Source of the DNA: a bacterium
Lineage (GTDB): Bacteria > Pseudomonadota > Gammaproteobacteria > Burkholderiales > Burkholderiaceae_C
Reading direction: 5' to 3'
Assembly (NCBI GenBank): GCA_031417295.1
Contig: JANOVJ010000392.1
Coordinates: 1 to 36,483, forward strand
DNA: 36,483 bases
Below the pieces are notes generated by a model. It had not been told where the DNA came from. It did not search any database and saw only the letters and a program-made list of their open reading frames with translations. Of this stretch, positions 16,941 to 25,316 are shown piece by piece. Within the stretch, counting starts at the first letter, position 1. Each line of letters opens with the position of its first letter. A program made the position numbers and the translations under genes.

Positions 16941-18949
16941 ACAGCCACAAGCCGCGAGCGCTGCGCGTGCTCATCGTCGACGACAACCCGCTCGACCGCG
17001 CCGAAGCCAAGGCCGCGCTGCTCAACGGGTCGAGCCGTGGCTACCTCTTCATCGAAGCCGGGTCGGCCGAGGAAGGGCTGCGCCTGTGCGCGCAGGCGCC
17101 GCTCCCGGACTGCCTGGTGCTCGACCTGGGCCTGCCCGATGCCGGCGAACTGGAAGTGCTGACGCGGCTGCCGCGCGACGAGGACCAGTTGCCTCGCGTG
17201 CCGGTCGTCGTGCTCACCGGTGCGGTGGAGGTCGGCCTCAACCAGGCCGCGCTTCGCGCCGGCGCGCACGACTACGTCGGCAAGGCCTGGCTGCGGCCCG
17301 AAACGCTGACGCAGGCGGTGGAAAACGCGATCGAACGCCTGGCCATGGCGCGCGCGATGCAGGCCGAGCGCCACCGGGCCGACGCGTCGCGCACCCGGGC
17401 GCTGCTGCTAGAGGGCGAGAACCGCCAGATCCAGGAAGCCAACCGTCTGAAGAGCCAGTTCCTGGCCAACATGTCGCACGAACTGCGCACGCCCTTGAAC
17501 GCGATCATCGGCTTTGCCGAACTGTTGCATGGCGGAGCGGTACCCCCGGAGTCGCCCAAGCACCAGACCTTTCTGGGCCACATCGGCAGCAGCGGCCGCC
17601 ATCTGCTGCGCCTGATCGACGACGTGCTCGACCTGTCGAAGGTCGAGGCGGGCAAGTTCGAGTTCTTCCCCGAACCGCTGGAGCTGCCCCTGGTCGTCCA
17701 GGAAACGATCGACATCCTGCAGACGCAGATCCAGCGCAAGCATCTCCGATTCGTCACCGACATCGAGCCGACGCTGAGCCACCTGGTGCTCGACGCGGCA
17801 CGGCTGAAGCAGGTGCTCTACAACTATCTTTCCAACGCCATCAAGTTCACCCCCGAAGGCGGCAGCATCACGGTGCGGGCGCACGCCTCGGGGGCCAGGC
17901 ACTTCCGGCTGGAGGTTGAAGACACCGGCGCCGGCATCGCGGCGGCCGACCTGCCGCGCCTGTTCACCGCGTACCAGCAGCTCGACGCAGGGGTTGCGAA
18001 GCGACACGAAGGCTCTGGCCTGGGCCTGGCGCTGACACGCCGCCTGGTCGAGCTGCAGCAAGGCAGTGTCGGCGTGCGCAGCACGCCCGGCGTGGGCAGT
18101 GTGTTCCACGCGGTGCTGAACCGGGTCCATGGCACCGACGCCGCGCGCTCGGCCGAGGAAGTCGGCCGGCTCGCAGCGCCAGCCGAGCCTCGCTTGCTGG
18201 CGATCCAGAATGTGCGCGACCACCCGACCCAGCTCGTCCCGGCGCTCACCGAAGCGGGTTTCCTGGTCGATGCCGCCGCCACCGGCGCACTGGCCGTGCA
18301 GCGTGCGCACGGCAGGGCCTACGACGCCATCATGCTGGACCTGCAGTTGCCGGACGCACGGGGCCTGGGCGTGCTGGCGCGAATCCGCGCCAGTGGCCCT
18401 AGCCGCGATTCGCCGGTGGTCGGCATGACGATGCCCGGACAGGCCGGCACGGCGGCCACCTTCGCGATCGCCGACGTGCTGTGCAAACCGATCCGCGGTG
18501 AAGAGGTGGTGGCGGCGATGGCACGCTTTCGACGGCCCGGCACCAGCCCGACGAACGTGATGGTGATCGATGACGACCCCCTCGCGCTCGACCTGATGCG
18601 GGCCACGCTCAAGGCCATCGGTATCGACGCGGTGTGCCTGCTCGACGGGCGTGAGGCGCTGCGGCAACTGGAGCAACACCGACCCGACGCGATCGTGCTC
18701 GACCTGCTGATGCCGGCATTCGACGGCTTCGCCGTGCTCGACGCGCTGCAGGCCATGCCCGCGTGGCGCAACACGCCGGTGTTCATCTGGACCGCCATGA
18801 TGCTGACCGACCCTGAATTCGCGAGTCTTGGCCGGTCGGCAAGCGCCATCCTGAACAAGGGCGGCGGCTCGCTGGACGCGACCCTGGAGGCCCTGCGTCG
18901 TTGGCGCCCGACCGCCGCGCCGGCCTCTTCCGCGAGCGCCGCGCCGTGA
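16937..18949 (+). CDS. hybrid sensor histidine kinase REC-HisKA-HATPase_c-REC-REC
   Basis: ATG 16937 overlaps the upstream stop (ATGA). REC1: VLIVDDNPLD...LVLDLGLPD. H-box FLANMSHELRTPLNAIIGF. NYLSNAIKF, DTGAGI, GSGLGLALTRRLV. REC2: LLAIQNVRD...IMLDLQLPD...CKPI. REC3: VMVIDDDPL...IVLDLLMPAFDG...LNKG. Confidence 0.9.
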   Translation: MNSHKPRALRVLIVDDNPLDRAEAKAALLNGSSRGYLFIEAGSAEEGLRLCAQAPLPDCLVLDLGLPDAGELEVLTRLPRDEDQLPRVPVVVLTGAVEVGLNQAALRAGAHDYVGKAWLRPETLTQAVENAIERLAMARAMQAERHRADASRTRALLLEGENRQIQEANRLKSQFLANMSHELRTPLNAIIGFAELLHGGAVPPESPKHQTFLGHIGSSGRHLLRLIDDVLDLSKVEAGKFEFFPEPLELPLVVQETIDILQTQIQRKHLRFVTDIEPTLSHLVLDAARLKQVLYNYLSNAIKFTPEGGSITVRAHASGARHFRLEVEDTGAGIAAADLPRLFTAYQQLDAGVAKRHEGSGLGLALTRRLVELQQGSVGVRSTPGVGSVFHAVLNRVHGTDAARSAEEVGRLAAPAEPRLLAIQNVRDHPTQLVPALTEAGFLVDAAATGALAVQRAHGRAYDAIMLDLQLPDARGLGVLARIRASGPSRDSPVVGMTMPGQAGTAATFAIADVLCKPIRGEEVVAAMARFRRPGTSPTNVMVIDDDPLALDLMRATLKAIGIDAVCLLDGREALRQLEQHRPDAIVLDLLMPAFDGFAVLDALQAMPAWRNTPVFIWTAMMLTDPEFASLGRSASAILNKGGGSLDATLEALRRWRPTAAPASSASAAP

Positions 18950-19350
18950 GCGAGCCACGGGTGCTGATCGTCGATGACAACCCGATGAACGTCGAACTGG
19001 CCGCGTTCGTGCTGCGCGCAGCGGCATTCGTGGTCGAGTCTGCCGCTGACGCGGACAGCGCCGTGTTGCAGATCGGCACGTTCCGGCCGCAATTGATCCT
19101 GATGGACATCCAGATGCCCGGCATGGACGGGCTGGCACTGACCCGCGCGCTGAAGGCCGACCCGACCACGCGGCACATCGCCGTGTTGGCCTTCACCGCC
19201 TACGCAATGAGGGGCGACGAAGCCCGAATGCGGGCGGCGGGTTGCGACGGCTACATTGCCAAGCCGATCGACGTGGCTTCATTCGCCTTCAAGGTGCGTG
19301 CGCACCTCACGCCGCAGGGCGACGAAACAACCCGGCCTCGCCCCCGCTGA
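18946..19350 (+). CDS. single-domain response regulator, paralogue of the one at 13619
   Basis: GTG 18946 overlaps the hybrid-kinase stop (GTGA); the track alternative is TTG at 18901. VLIVDDNPMN, LILMDIQMPGMDG, AFTAYAMRGDE, YIAKPIDV. Confidence 0.85.
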   Translation: MSEPRVLIVDDNPMNVELAAFVLRAAAFVVESAADADSAVLQIGTFRPQLILMDIQMPGMDGLALTRALKADPTTRHIAVLAFTAYAMRGDEARMRAAGCDGYIAKPIDVASFAFKVRAHLTPQGDETTRPRPR

Positions 19351-19406
19351 AGGCGCGCACGCCCCCGCCCCGGGGCGCAGCCAACGGCAGCCGGCGCCGC
19401 CTGCCG

Positions 19407-19425
19407 CAATGCAGCCACTGCATTG
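19407..19425. promoter_or_regulatory. perfect 8-bp inverted repeat overlapping a -35-like TTGACC upstream of the DUF6236-like gene
   Basis: CAATGCAG-cca-CTGCATTG (19407-19425). TTGACC at 19423-19428, then a 17-nt spacer, then GATGCT at 19446-19451. It could instead be a U-tract-less terminator of the relay operon. Confidence 0.3.
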
Positions 19426-19482
19426 ACCGCTCGCGCCCACAGGCGGATGCTTCGCCAGTGCAGATGCCGAGGAGGCGCAACC

Positions 19483-20664
19483 ATGGAGTCGTACCAAGCT
19501 CTCTACTACCCCTACGTCCACTTCAAGGACGACGCCTGGGTCAAGCTGTCGGCGCTGTACTGGGACAAGCTCAAGCGCATCGTTCCGGCGGCGTATCCAA
19601 CCGCGGACAGCGAGACGGTGCTGGCGCTGGGCGACTTCATCCAGACGGTGCGGCCCGACCAGGTGCAGCCCGCGTTCGCCGCGACCTTCAGCGAGTTCTT
19701 CGCCAGCTACGGCGAGCCATTGCGCAAGACCTACGCCCTCGCCCACCGCGAGCAGTGGCCGGTGGTGCCCAAGGCGCAGCGGCCCTCGGAGGCAGGCGGC
19801 CCGTCGGGCAACGACATGCGGCTGGGCTATGTTCGCTACGAGAAGATCCACGACAGTGTCTACGCGGCGATGCACGAGCACGGCCTGGCCTCGACCGACG
19901 AGCGGGGCGAAAAGTGGATCGGCATGCACCCGCGCCTGGCTGCGGTCTACATGCACGCGCTGGCCGAGCACATCGCCGAGCACCAAGGCCTGCGGCCGCT
20001 CACCGACGAGACCTTCGATCACGTGGCGTTGTCGCAGTTGTCGCTGGAACGGCTGGCCAATGCCTTGCTCGGCGACGTGGCGCTGGTCGACGCCAAGGCC
20101 TCGCCCACCGAAGTCGAGACGGCGCTGGTCTCGGTGGCCTTCCGGACGCTCGTGCCGGCCGACCTGAAGCACTTGAGCGTCGACAAGATCCTCGCCTTTC
20201 GCGAGGCCTACCCGAACGAGCGGCATCGCTTCCAGAGCGCGGTGGACGGGTTGGTGAAGAGCCGCGCCTGGCTGTTGTCGATCAGCGATCCGAAGGTGCT
20301 CGAAGAACGGCTGCGCGACGAAGTCGACGCCGGCTGGGCCGAGGATCTGAAGGAGTTGAAAGACAAGCTGGGCAGCGTCGGCATCGACACCCTGTTCAGC
20401 AGCGCGAGCCTGACGACCACGCTGCCCGGCGCGGTGGTCGGTGGCATCGGCATGCTCGGCCTCGGGGTCAATGGCGTGGCGGCGGGCACGGCGGCGGTCG
20501 CACTGGCGGCGATCCCGATGATGCTGAGCAAACGCAAGGCGGTGCGCGAGGCGCTGGACGATTCGCCGGTGGCCTACCTGTACCGGATGGAGCAGGACTT
20601 GCAGCCCAAGGACCTTCAGGGCTGGTTGCGCCAGGGCCTGCAGCGCTTCGTGTTCGGACACTGA
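19483..20664 (+). CDS. hypothetical protein, DUF6236-like, with a C-terminal Gly-rich hydrophobic segment
   Basis: ATG 19483 after GAGGAGG. The N-terminus MESYQALYYPYVHFKDDAWVKLSALYWDKLKRIVP matches my recollection of the DUF6236 signature (unverified). LPGAVVGGIGMLGLGVNGVAAGTAAVALAAIPMM looks like a glycine-zipper membrane segment. Confidence 0.6.
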   Translation: MESYQALYYPYVHFKDDAWVKLSALYWDKLKRIVPAAYPTADSETVLALGDFIQTVRPDQVQPAFAATFSEFFASYGEPLRKTYALAHREQWPVVPKAQRPSEAGGPSGNDMRLGYVRYEKIHDSVYAAMHEHGLASTDERGEKWIGMHPRLAAVYMHALAEHIAEHQGLRPLTDETFDHVALSQLSLERLANALLGDVALVDAKASPTEVETALVSVAFRTLVPADLKHLSVDKILAFREAYPNERHRFQSAVDGLVKSRAWLLSISDPKVLEERLRDEVDAGWAEDLKELKDKLGSVGIDTLFSSASLTTTLPGAVVGGIGMLGLGVNGVAAGTAAVALAAIPMMLSKRKAVREALDDSPVAYLYRMEQDLQPKDLQGWLRQGLQRFVFGH

Positions 20665-20807
20665 TGCTGCCCCCAGCTCGCTCCGCTCGCGGCCCCCGAG
20701 GGGCGCGTCAGCGCCTTCGGGCGGCCGTGCGGCGCTGACATGACCCCGCAGGCCGGCCCTGAGCTTGCTCTACAGTTGCCGCTCATGGGCCAGCCACTGA
20801 AACCCGT

Positions 20808-21881
20808 ATGAACCCCACACTCGTTGAAGTGCTGCGCGGCGGGCATGTCGAGTCGCACCACACCGGCGCGGTGGCGGTGCTCGATGCCGATGGCGCCGTG
20901 CTGGCGGCGCTCGGCGACATCGACCGCCCGGTCTTCCCGCGCTCGGCGGTCAAGGTGCTGCAAGCCCTGCCGCTCGTGGCCAGCGGCGCGGCCGACCGGT
21001 TCCAGCTCAGCGACGCCGAACTCGCGCTGGCCTGCGCCTCGCACGGCGGCGAGCCCTTGCACGCGAGCACGGCCGCGGCGATGCTGGCCAAGGCCGGGCT
21101 CGACAGCGCTTGCCTGGAATGCGGCACGCACTGGCCGTACAACGAGCAGGCTTCGCGCGCGCTGGCCGCAGCCGGCGGCGAACCCTCGGCGCTGCACAAC
21201 AACTGCTCGGGCAAGCACGCCGGTTTCCTCTGCCTGGCCTGCGAGCTGGCCGGCCCGGCGGCCGAACGGCGCCAGTTCGCGAAGGGCTACCTGCAGCCCG
21301 CGCACGCGGTGATGCGCGAAGTCACCGCCGCGCTGGAGGCCACCACCGGCGCGAGCCTGGCCGATGCGCCGCGCGGCATCGACGGCTGCTCGATCCCGGC
21401 CTACGCCATCCCGCTGCGCCGCTTGGCGCTGGCCTTCGCCCGCGTCGGCAGCGGCGTCGGCCTGTCGGCTGAGCACGCGCACGCGGCGAAGCGCCTGCGC
21501 CAGGCCGTGGCACGCGAGCCGTTCATGGTCGCCGGCACCGGCCGCCTGGACACGCGGGTGATGGAGCGGCTCGGCGAGCGGGTCTTCATGAAGGTCGGCG
21601 CCGAGGGCATGTACTGCGCGGCGCTGCCCGAACGCGGCCTGGGCGTGGCGATCAAGACAGACGACGGCAACAACGCCCGCGCCGCCGAGGTGGCGGTGGC
21701 GGCCGTGATCGAGGCCTGCCTGCCGCTGGCCGGCGAAGACGCCGCATTCCTGCGCGGCTTCAGCGACTGCACGCTGCGCAACTGGAACGCAATCCCGGTC
21801 GGCTCGTTGCGCGCCAGCGATGCGCTGCGGCGCGGCCTCGCGGATGGCCGCAGCAGCGGCGGCGGCCGCGGCACGGCCTGA
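20808..21881 (+). CDS. asparaginase-II family protein (Rhizobium-type, beta-lactamase-like fold)
   Basis: MNPTLVEVLRGGHVESHHTGAVAVLDADG, the S-x-x-K motif RSAVKVLQALPLV, and NNCSGKHAGFL are characteristic of the PF06089-type asparaginase family. Confidence 0.85.
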   Translation: MNPTLVEVLRGGHVESHHTGAVAVLDADGAVLAALGDIDRPVFPRSAVKVLQALPLVASGAADRFQLSDAELALACASHGGEPLHASTAAAMLAKAGLDSACLECGTHWPYNEQASRALAAAGGEPSALHNNCSGKHAGFLCLACELAGPAAERRQFAKGYLQPAHAVMREVTAALEATTGASLADAPRGIDGCSIPAYAIPLRRLALAFARVGSGVGLSAEHAHAAKRLRQAVAREPFMVAGTGRLDTRVMERLGERVFMKVGAEGMYCAALPERGLGVAIKTDDGNNARAAEVAVAAVIEACLPLAGEDAAFLRGFSDCTLRNWNAIPVGSLRASDALRRGLADGRSSGGGRGTA

Positions 21882-21893
21882 GGTTCACACACC

Positions 21894-23072
21894 ATGTCGA
21901 TCCAAGCCAGCCGCACCACGCTCCGCGCCCGCGATGCGTCGTTCTACGCCTCGGTGCCCGAGTTCGCCGACTTCGACCGGGTCATGGACCCGGCGCTCTA
22001 CCAGCCGCTGCCAGCCGGCTGGATGGTGGGCAATGCCGACATCGTCAAGTCGACCCAGGCCAAGGCGGCGGGCCGCGCCAAGGCCGTCAACATCGCTGGC
22101 GCGTCGGTCATTGCCGCGGTAACCAACGCGCTCGGCGGCGCCGAGATTCCCTACGTCTTCGGCGGCGACGGCGCGAGCTTCGCAGTACCGCGTGAGCTGG
22201 CGGATCAAGCCGGCGCGGCACTGGCTGCCGTGGCGCAGTGGGCAGCGCAGGACCTCGAGCTGCCGATGCGCGTCGGCATGGTGCCGATCGAAGCTATCCG
22301 CGAAGCCGGGCTCGATGTCTCGGTCTCGCGCTTTGCAGCGTCGGCCAGCGTGCGCTATGCGATGTTCGCCGGTGGCGGCCTGCGCTGGGCCGAACGGCAG
22401 ATCAAGCTCGGCCAGTTCACGCTCGCCGCCGCACCCGAAGGCACACGGCCCGACCTGACCGGGCTGTCGTGCAACTGGGAGGCCATCCCGAGTTCGCTCG
22501 GCGTGATCCTGACGATCATGATCACGCCCGAAGTCGCATCGGCCGACCCGCGCTTCATCGCCCTGGTGGCCGAGGTCAACGCGCTGCTGGCCGACCGGAA
22601 CCAGGCGCGCTGCCCGCTGCCGGCCGAGGGCCCGCCATTTCGCTGGCCGCCCACGGGCTTCGACCTGATGGCGATCGTGCAGCGGCGGCCTGGCGAGTGG
22701 GCCTGGCTGCGCAAGGCCCGCCTGGCGATGGAAACCCTGCTGGCCGCGTGCGTGCTCTGGGCCGGCGTGAAGGTGGGTGATTTCGAGCCCGAGAAGTACC
22801 GGCGCGAGATCGTCGAGAACGCCGACTTCCGCGGTTATGACGACGGCCTGCGGATGACGATCGATTGCACCGTGGCTCAATCCGAACGGGTCGAGGCCGT
22901 GCTCAAGCGAGCGCGTGAGGAGGGCATCGCCCGCTACGGATTGCACCGCGAAGACGCGGCGCTCCTGACCTGCATCGCGCCGCTGCCAACGCAGAGCGAC
23001 CACGTCCACTTCATCGACGGCGCGTCGGGTGGCTACACGCTGGCGGCGATGCAGCTCAAGGCGAACGCTTGA
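21894..23072 (+). CDS. DUF3095-family protein with a nucleotidyl-cyclase-like N-terminal domain
   Basis: 392 aa, starting 12 nt after the asparaginase-II stop. VGNADIVKST (Asp49) and YVFGGDGASFAV (Asp92) resemble the two metal-binding Asp motifs of class III cyclases (F.DI.GFT and GD..M), 43 residues apart. Confidence 0.7.
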   Translation: MSIQASRTTLRARDASFYASVPEFADFDRVMDPALYQPLPAGWMVGNADIVKSTQAKAAGRAKAVNIAGASVIAAVTNALGGAEIPYVFGGDGASFAVPRELADQAGAALAAVAQWAAQDLELPMRVGMVPIEAIREAGLDVSVSRFAASASVRYAMFAGGGLRWAERQIKLGQFTLAAAPEGTRPDLTGLSCNWEAIPSSLGVILTIMITPEVASADPRFIALVAEVNALLADRNQARCPLPAEGPPFRWPPTGFDLMAIVQRRPGEWAWLRKARLAMETLLAACVLWAGVKVGDFEPEKYRREIVENADFRGYDDGLRMTIDCTVAQSERVEAVLKRAREEGIARYGLHREDAALLTCIAPLPTQSDHVHFIDGASGGYTLAAMQLKANA

Positions 23073-23093
23073 GCGAGCACCGGCCGGCGGCGA

Positions 23094-23828
23094 TCACGGA
23101 GCCGCCACGCCGTTGAACACCACGGCCTGCCCGGTCGGCAGGCAGAGCGGGCGGCAGCTCTTCTCCAGGAAAAACTCGTCAACGGCCGCGCGGGCGCCGG
23201 GACAAGAAGAGAACCCATAGTCGTCGAAGACGATGAAGCCGCCGAACGACAAGCGCGGCCAGATGAATTCAAGGCAATCGAGAATCGACTGGTAGATGTC
23301 GACATCGATGTGGGCGAAGGCGATCCGCTCGGCTTCGAGCCCGGCAAAGGTGGCCGGGATGAAGCCCTTGCGGAATACGCACAGCGCCGCGTGCCCCACA
23401 TGGCCGGCCACGGCTTCGAGCGAGGTGTCTGCGAAGTCTCCCTTCTTGTGGCGGTCTTTCGCGGCATCCGTCTCCGGCATGCCCTCGAAGGTATCGAACA
23501 GGAACAGGCGCTTGTGCGGGCCCTTGTCGGCCAGCATCGCGGCCATCATGGCCGCCGTTCCGCCCTTGTAGACGCCGCACTCCCAGATGCCGCCCTCGAC
23601 ATGGAGGGCCTGTTGCAGCAGCGTGTAGAGCACGTGGCAGCGATCGGGCGACACCAGGGTTCGCGGCGCGGCGAGTTCGAAATAGCGCCGGAACTCGCCC
23701 CCGCCGAACCACGGCGAGAACAGCGGACGGTACAGGTCGCGGTCGGGAATGTCGGCGATGCCGCGCGATCTGGCCGATCGCCGGAAACCGAGCTTGCCCA
23801 GCAAACCATCGAGCCTGTGTCGGGGCAT
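23094..23828 (-). CDS. TylF/MycF/NovP-related SAM-dependent O-methyltransferase
   Basis: 244 aa. LYRPLFSPWFGGGEF, GGIWECGVYKGGTA (SAM-binding loop), LFLFDTFEGMPE and HIDVDIYQS are family motifs. Confidence 0.85.
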   Translation of the reverse strand: MPRHRLDGLLGKLGFRRSARSRGIADIPDRDLYRPLFSPWFGGGEFRRYFELAAPRTLVSPDRCHVLYTLLQQALHVEGGIWECGVYKGGTAAMMAAMLADKGPHKRLFLFDTFEGMPETDAAKDRHKKGDFADTSLEAVAGHVGHAALCVFRKGFIPATFAGLEAERIAFAHIDVDIYQSILDCLEFIWPRLSFGGFIVFDDYGFSSCPGARAAVDEFFLEKSCRPLCLPTGQAVVFNGVAAP

Positions 23829-23921
23829 GAGTGAATTCGTCCTCGGAGTGGGTGAGTCGCCTTGCGCAGCGGCCGGGCGCGAGCATACGCTCGCCGAGCG
23901 TGAGCCTTCGTCAGATGGTGC

Positions 23922-25316
23922 TCACACCGCGCCGTCCCACAACGCCGCCATCGCTTGCGCAAAGCGGCGGCCGATCGCGTCCTGCGCCGCGTGGCGGCGA
24001 TCGAGAACGACCGGCTGACCTGCGACGTAGACATCGCGGATCGCGTCGCCCGGGCTGGAGAAGATCAGTGCGTCGAGCACGTGCGATGGCGGCACGCCGA
24101 GCAGGCTGGGGTCGTCTGTATCGAGCACCAGGAAGTCGGCCCGCGCGCCAACCTCCAACCCCCAGCGCGACAGGCCCGCGGGCGCGGCGCTGGCGCCGAG
24201 CGCGGCACCGAACAGCCGCGCCGCGGTGGCCGGCTGCGCGCCCGCGCGCTTGCCAGGGTCTGCGGCCACGTTGCGCTGCCGCAGGGCCAGCCGCTGGCCG
24301 TATTCGAGCCAGCGCAATTCCTCGACCCAACTGCGCGTGACCTGGCTGTCGGAGCCCAGGCTGAGCGGCACGCCGCTGGCCAGCCAGCCGGGCAGGTCGC
24401 ACAGGCCATCGCCGAGGTTGGCTTCGGTGGCGGGGCAGATCACCGCCCCGGCGCCGCTGCGGGCGACAGCATCGATCTCTTCGGGCAGTGCGTGGGTGGC
24501 GTGCACGAGTTGCCAGCGCGCGTCGAGCAGGCCTTCGCGGGCCAGCCACTCGATCGGGCGCGCGCCGGTGGCGTGCAGGCAATCGGCGACCTCGGCCGTC
24601 TGTTCGGCGACGTGGATGTGCAGCGGGCCGTTCATGCCTTCGACAAGGCGGCGCAGCGCGTGGATCGAAGCCGGCGCCGCGGCCCGCAACGAATGGATCG
24701 CGGCGCCCGCGTTGACGAGGCGCCGGCCACTGCGCTCGGCCGCCTGCTGCAGCGCGAACACCGACTGCGGCGTGCTCGCGAAGCGGCGCTGGTCGTCGCG
24801 CAGCGCGGGCTGGGTGAACCCGGCGCGCTCGTAAAGCACCGGCAGCAACGTGAGGCCGAGGCCGGCGTCATCGGCCGCATCGGCGAGCGCCCACGACAGC
24901 GTCATCGGGTCGGCGTAAGCCGTACCGTCGGGGCGGTGCTGCAGATAGTGGAACTCGCAAACCTGGGTGTAGCCGCCGCGCAGCAACTCGACATAGAGCT
25001 GCGCCGCGATGGCGCGCAGCTGATCGGGCGTGACGCGCAGCGCGACGCGGTACATCCGGTCGCGCCAGGACCAGAAGTCGTCTTCGCCGGCCTCACGCCG
25101 CTCGGCCAGGCCGGCCATCGCGCGCTGGAAGGCGTGGCTGTGGGCGTCGACGAGGCTGGGCAGCACGGTGCCGGGAAGCACGCTGGCGCCGGGTGGTGCG
25201 GTGGCGACGCCGGGCATGATCTCGGCCCAGTGGCCTTGTGCGTCCACGCGCAGCAGCACGTGCTGGTGCCAGGCACCCGTCAACCACGCACAAGGCGCCC
25301 AGAACAAGCCCGTCAT
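23922..25316 (-). CDS. hutF: formimidoylglutamate deiminase
   Basis: 464-aa amidohydrolase. PSLVDAHSHAFQRAMAGLAE, LHIHVAEQTAEV and VHATHALPEE fit the HutF consensus. It lies in a hut cluster that also has hutG. Confidence 0.9.
   Translation of the reverse strand: MTGLFWAPCAWLTGAWHQHVLLRVDAQGHWAEIMPGVATAPPGASVLPGTVLPSLVDAHSHAFQRAMAGLAERREAGEDDFWSWRDRMYRVALRVTPDQLRAIAAQLYVELLRGGYTQVCEFHYLQHRPDGTAYADPMTLSWALADAADDAGLGLTLLPVLYERAGFTQPALRDDQRRFASTPQSVFALQQAAERSGRRLVNAGAAIHSLRAAAPASIHALRRLVEGMNGPLHIHVAEQTAEVADCLHATGARPIEWLAREGLLDARWQLVHATHALPEEIDAVARSGAGAVICPATEANLGDGLCDLPGWLASGVPLSLGSDSQVTRSWVEELRWLEYGQRLALRQRNVAADPGKRAGAQPATAARLFGAALGASAAPAGLSRWGLEVGARADFLVLDTDDPSLLGVPPSHVLDALIFSSPGDAIRDVYVAGQPVVLDRRHAAQDAIGRRFAQAMAALWDGAV

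Noticed and set aside
20692-20739. Two small hairpins after the DUF6236-like gene: GCCCC-cga-GGGGC at 20692-20704, and GTCAGCGCC-N15-GGCGCTGAC at 20707-20739. I considered them as a rho-independent terminator.
   Set aside because: There is no U-tract, the loop is large (15 nt), and such GC dyads are frequent by chance in this composition. Support is too weak to list them as a feature.
23829-23921. Possible functional link between hutF and the downstream TylF-type methyltransferase (same strand, 93-nt gap).
   Set aside because: There is no overlap or coupling signal, no known role for O-methylation in histidine catabolism, and the spacer is long enough for an independent promoter. I treat it as a neighbouring gene only.
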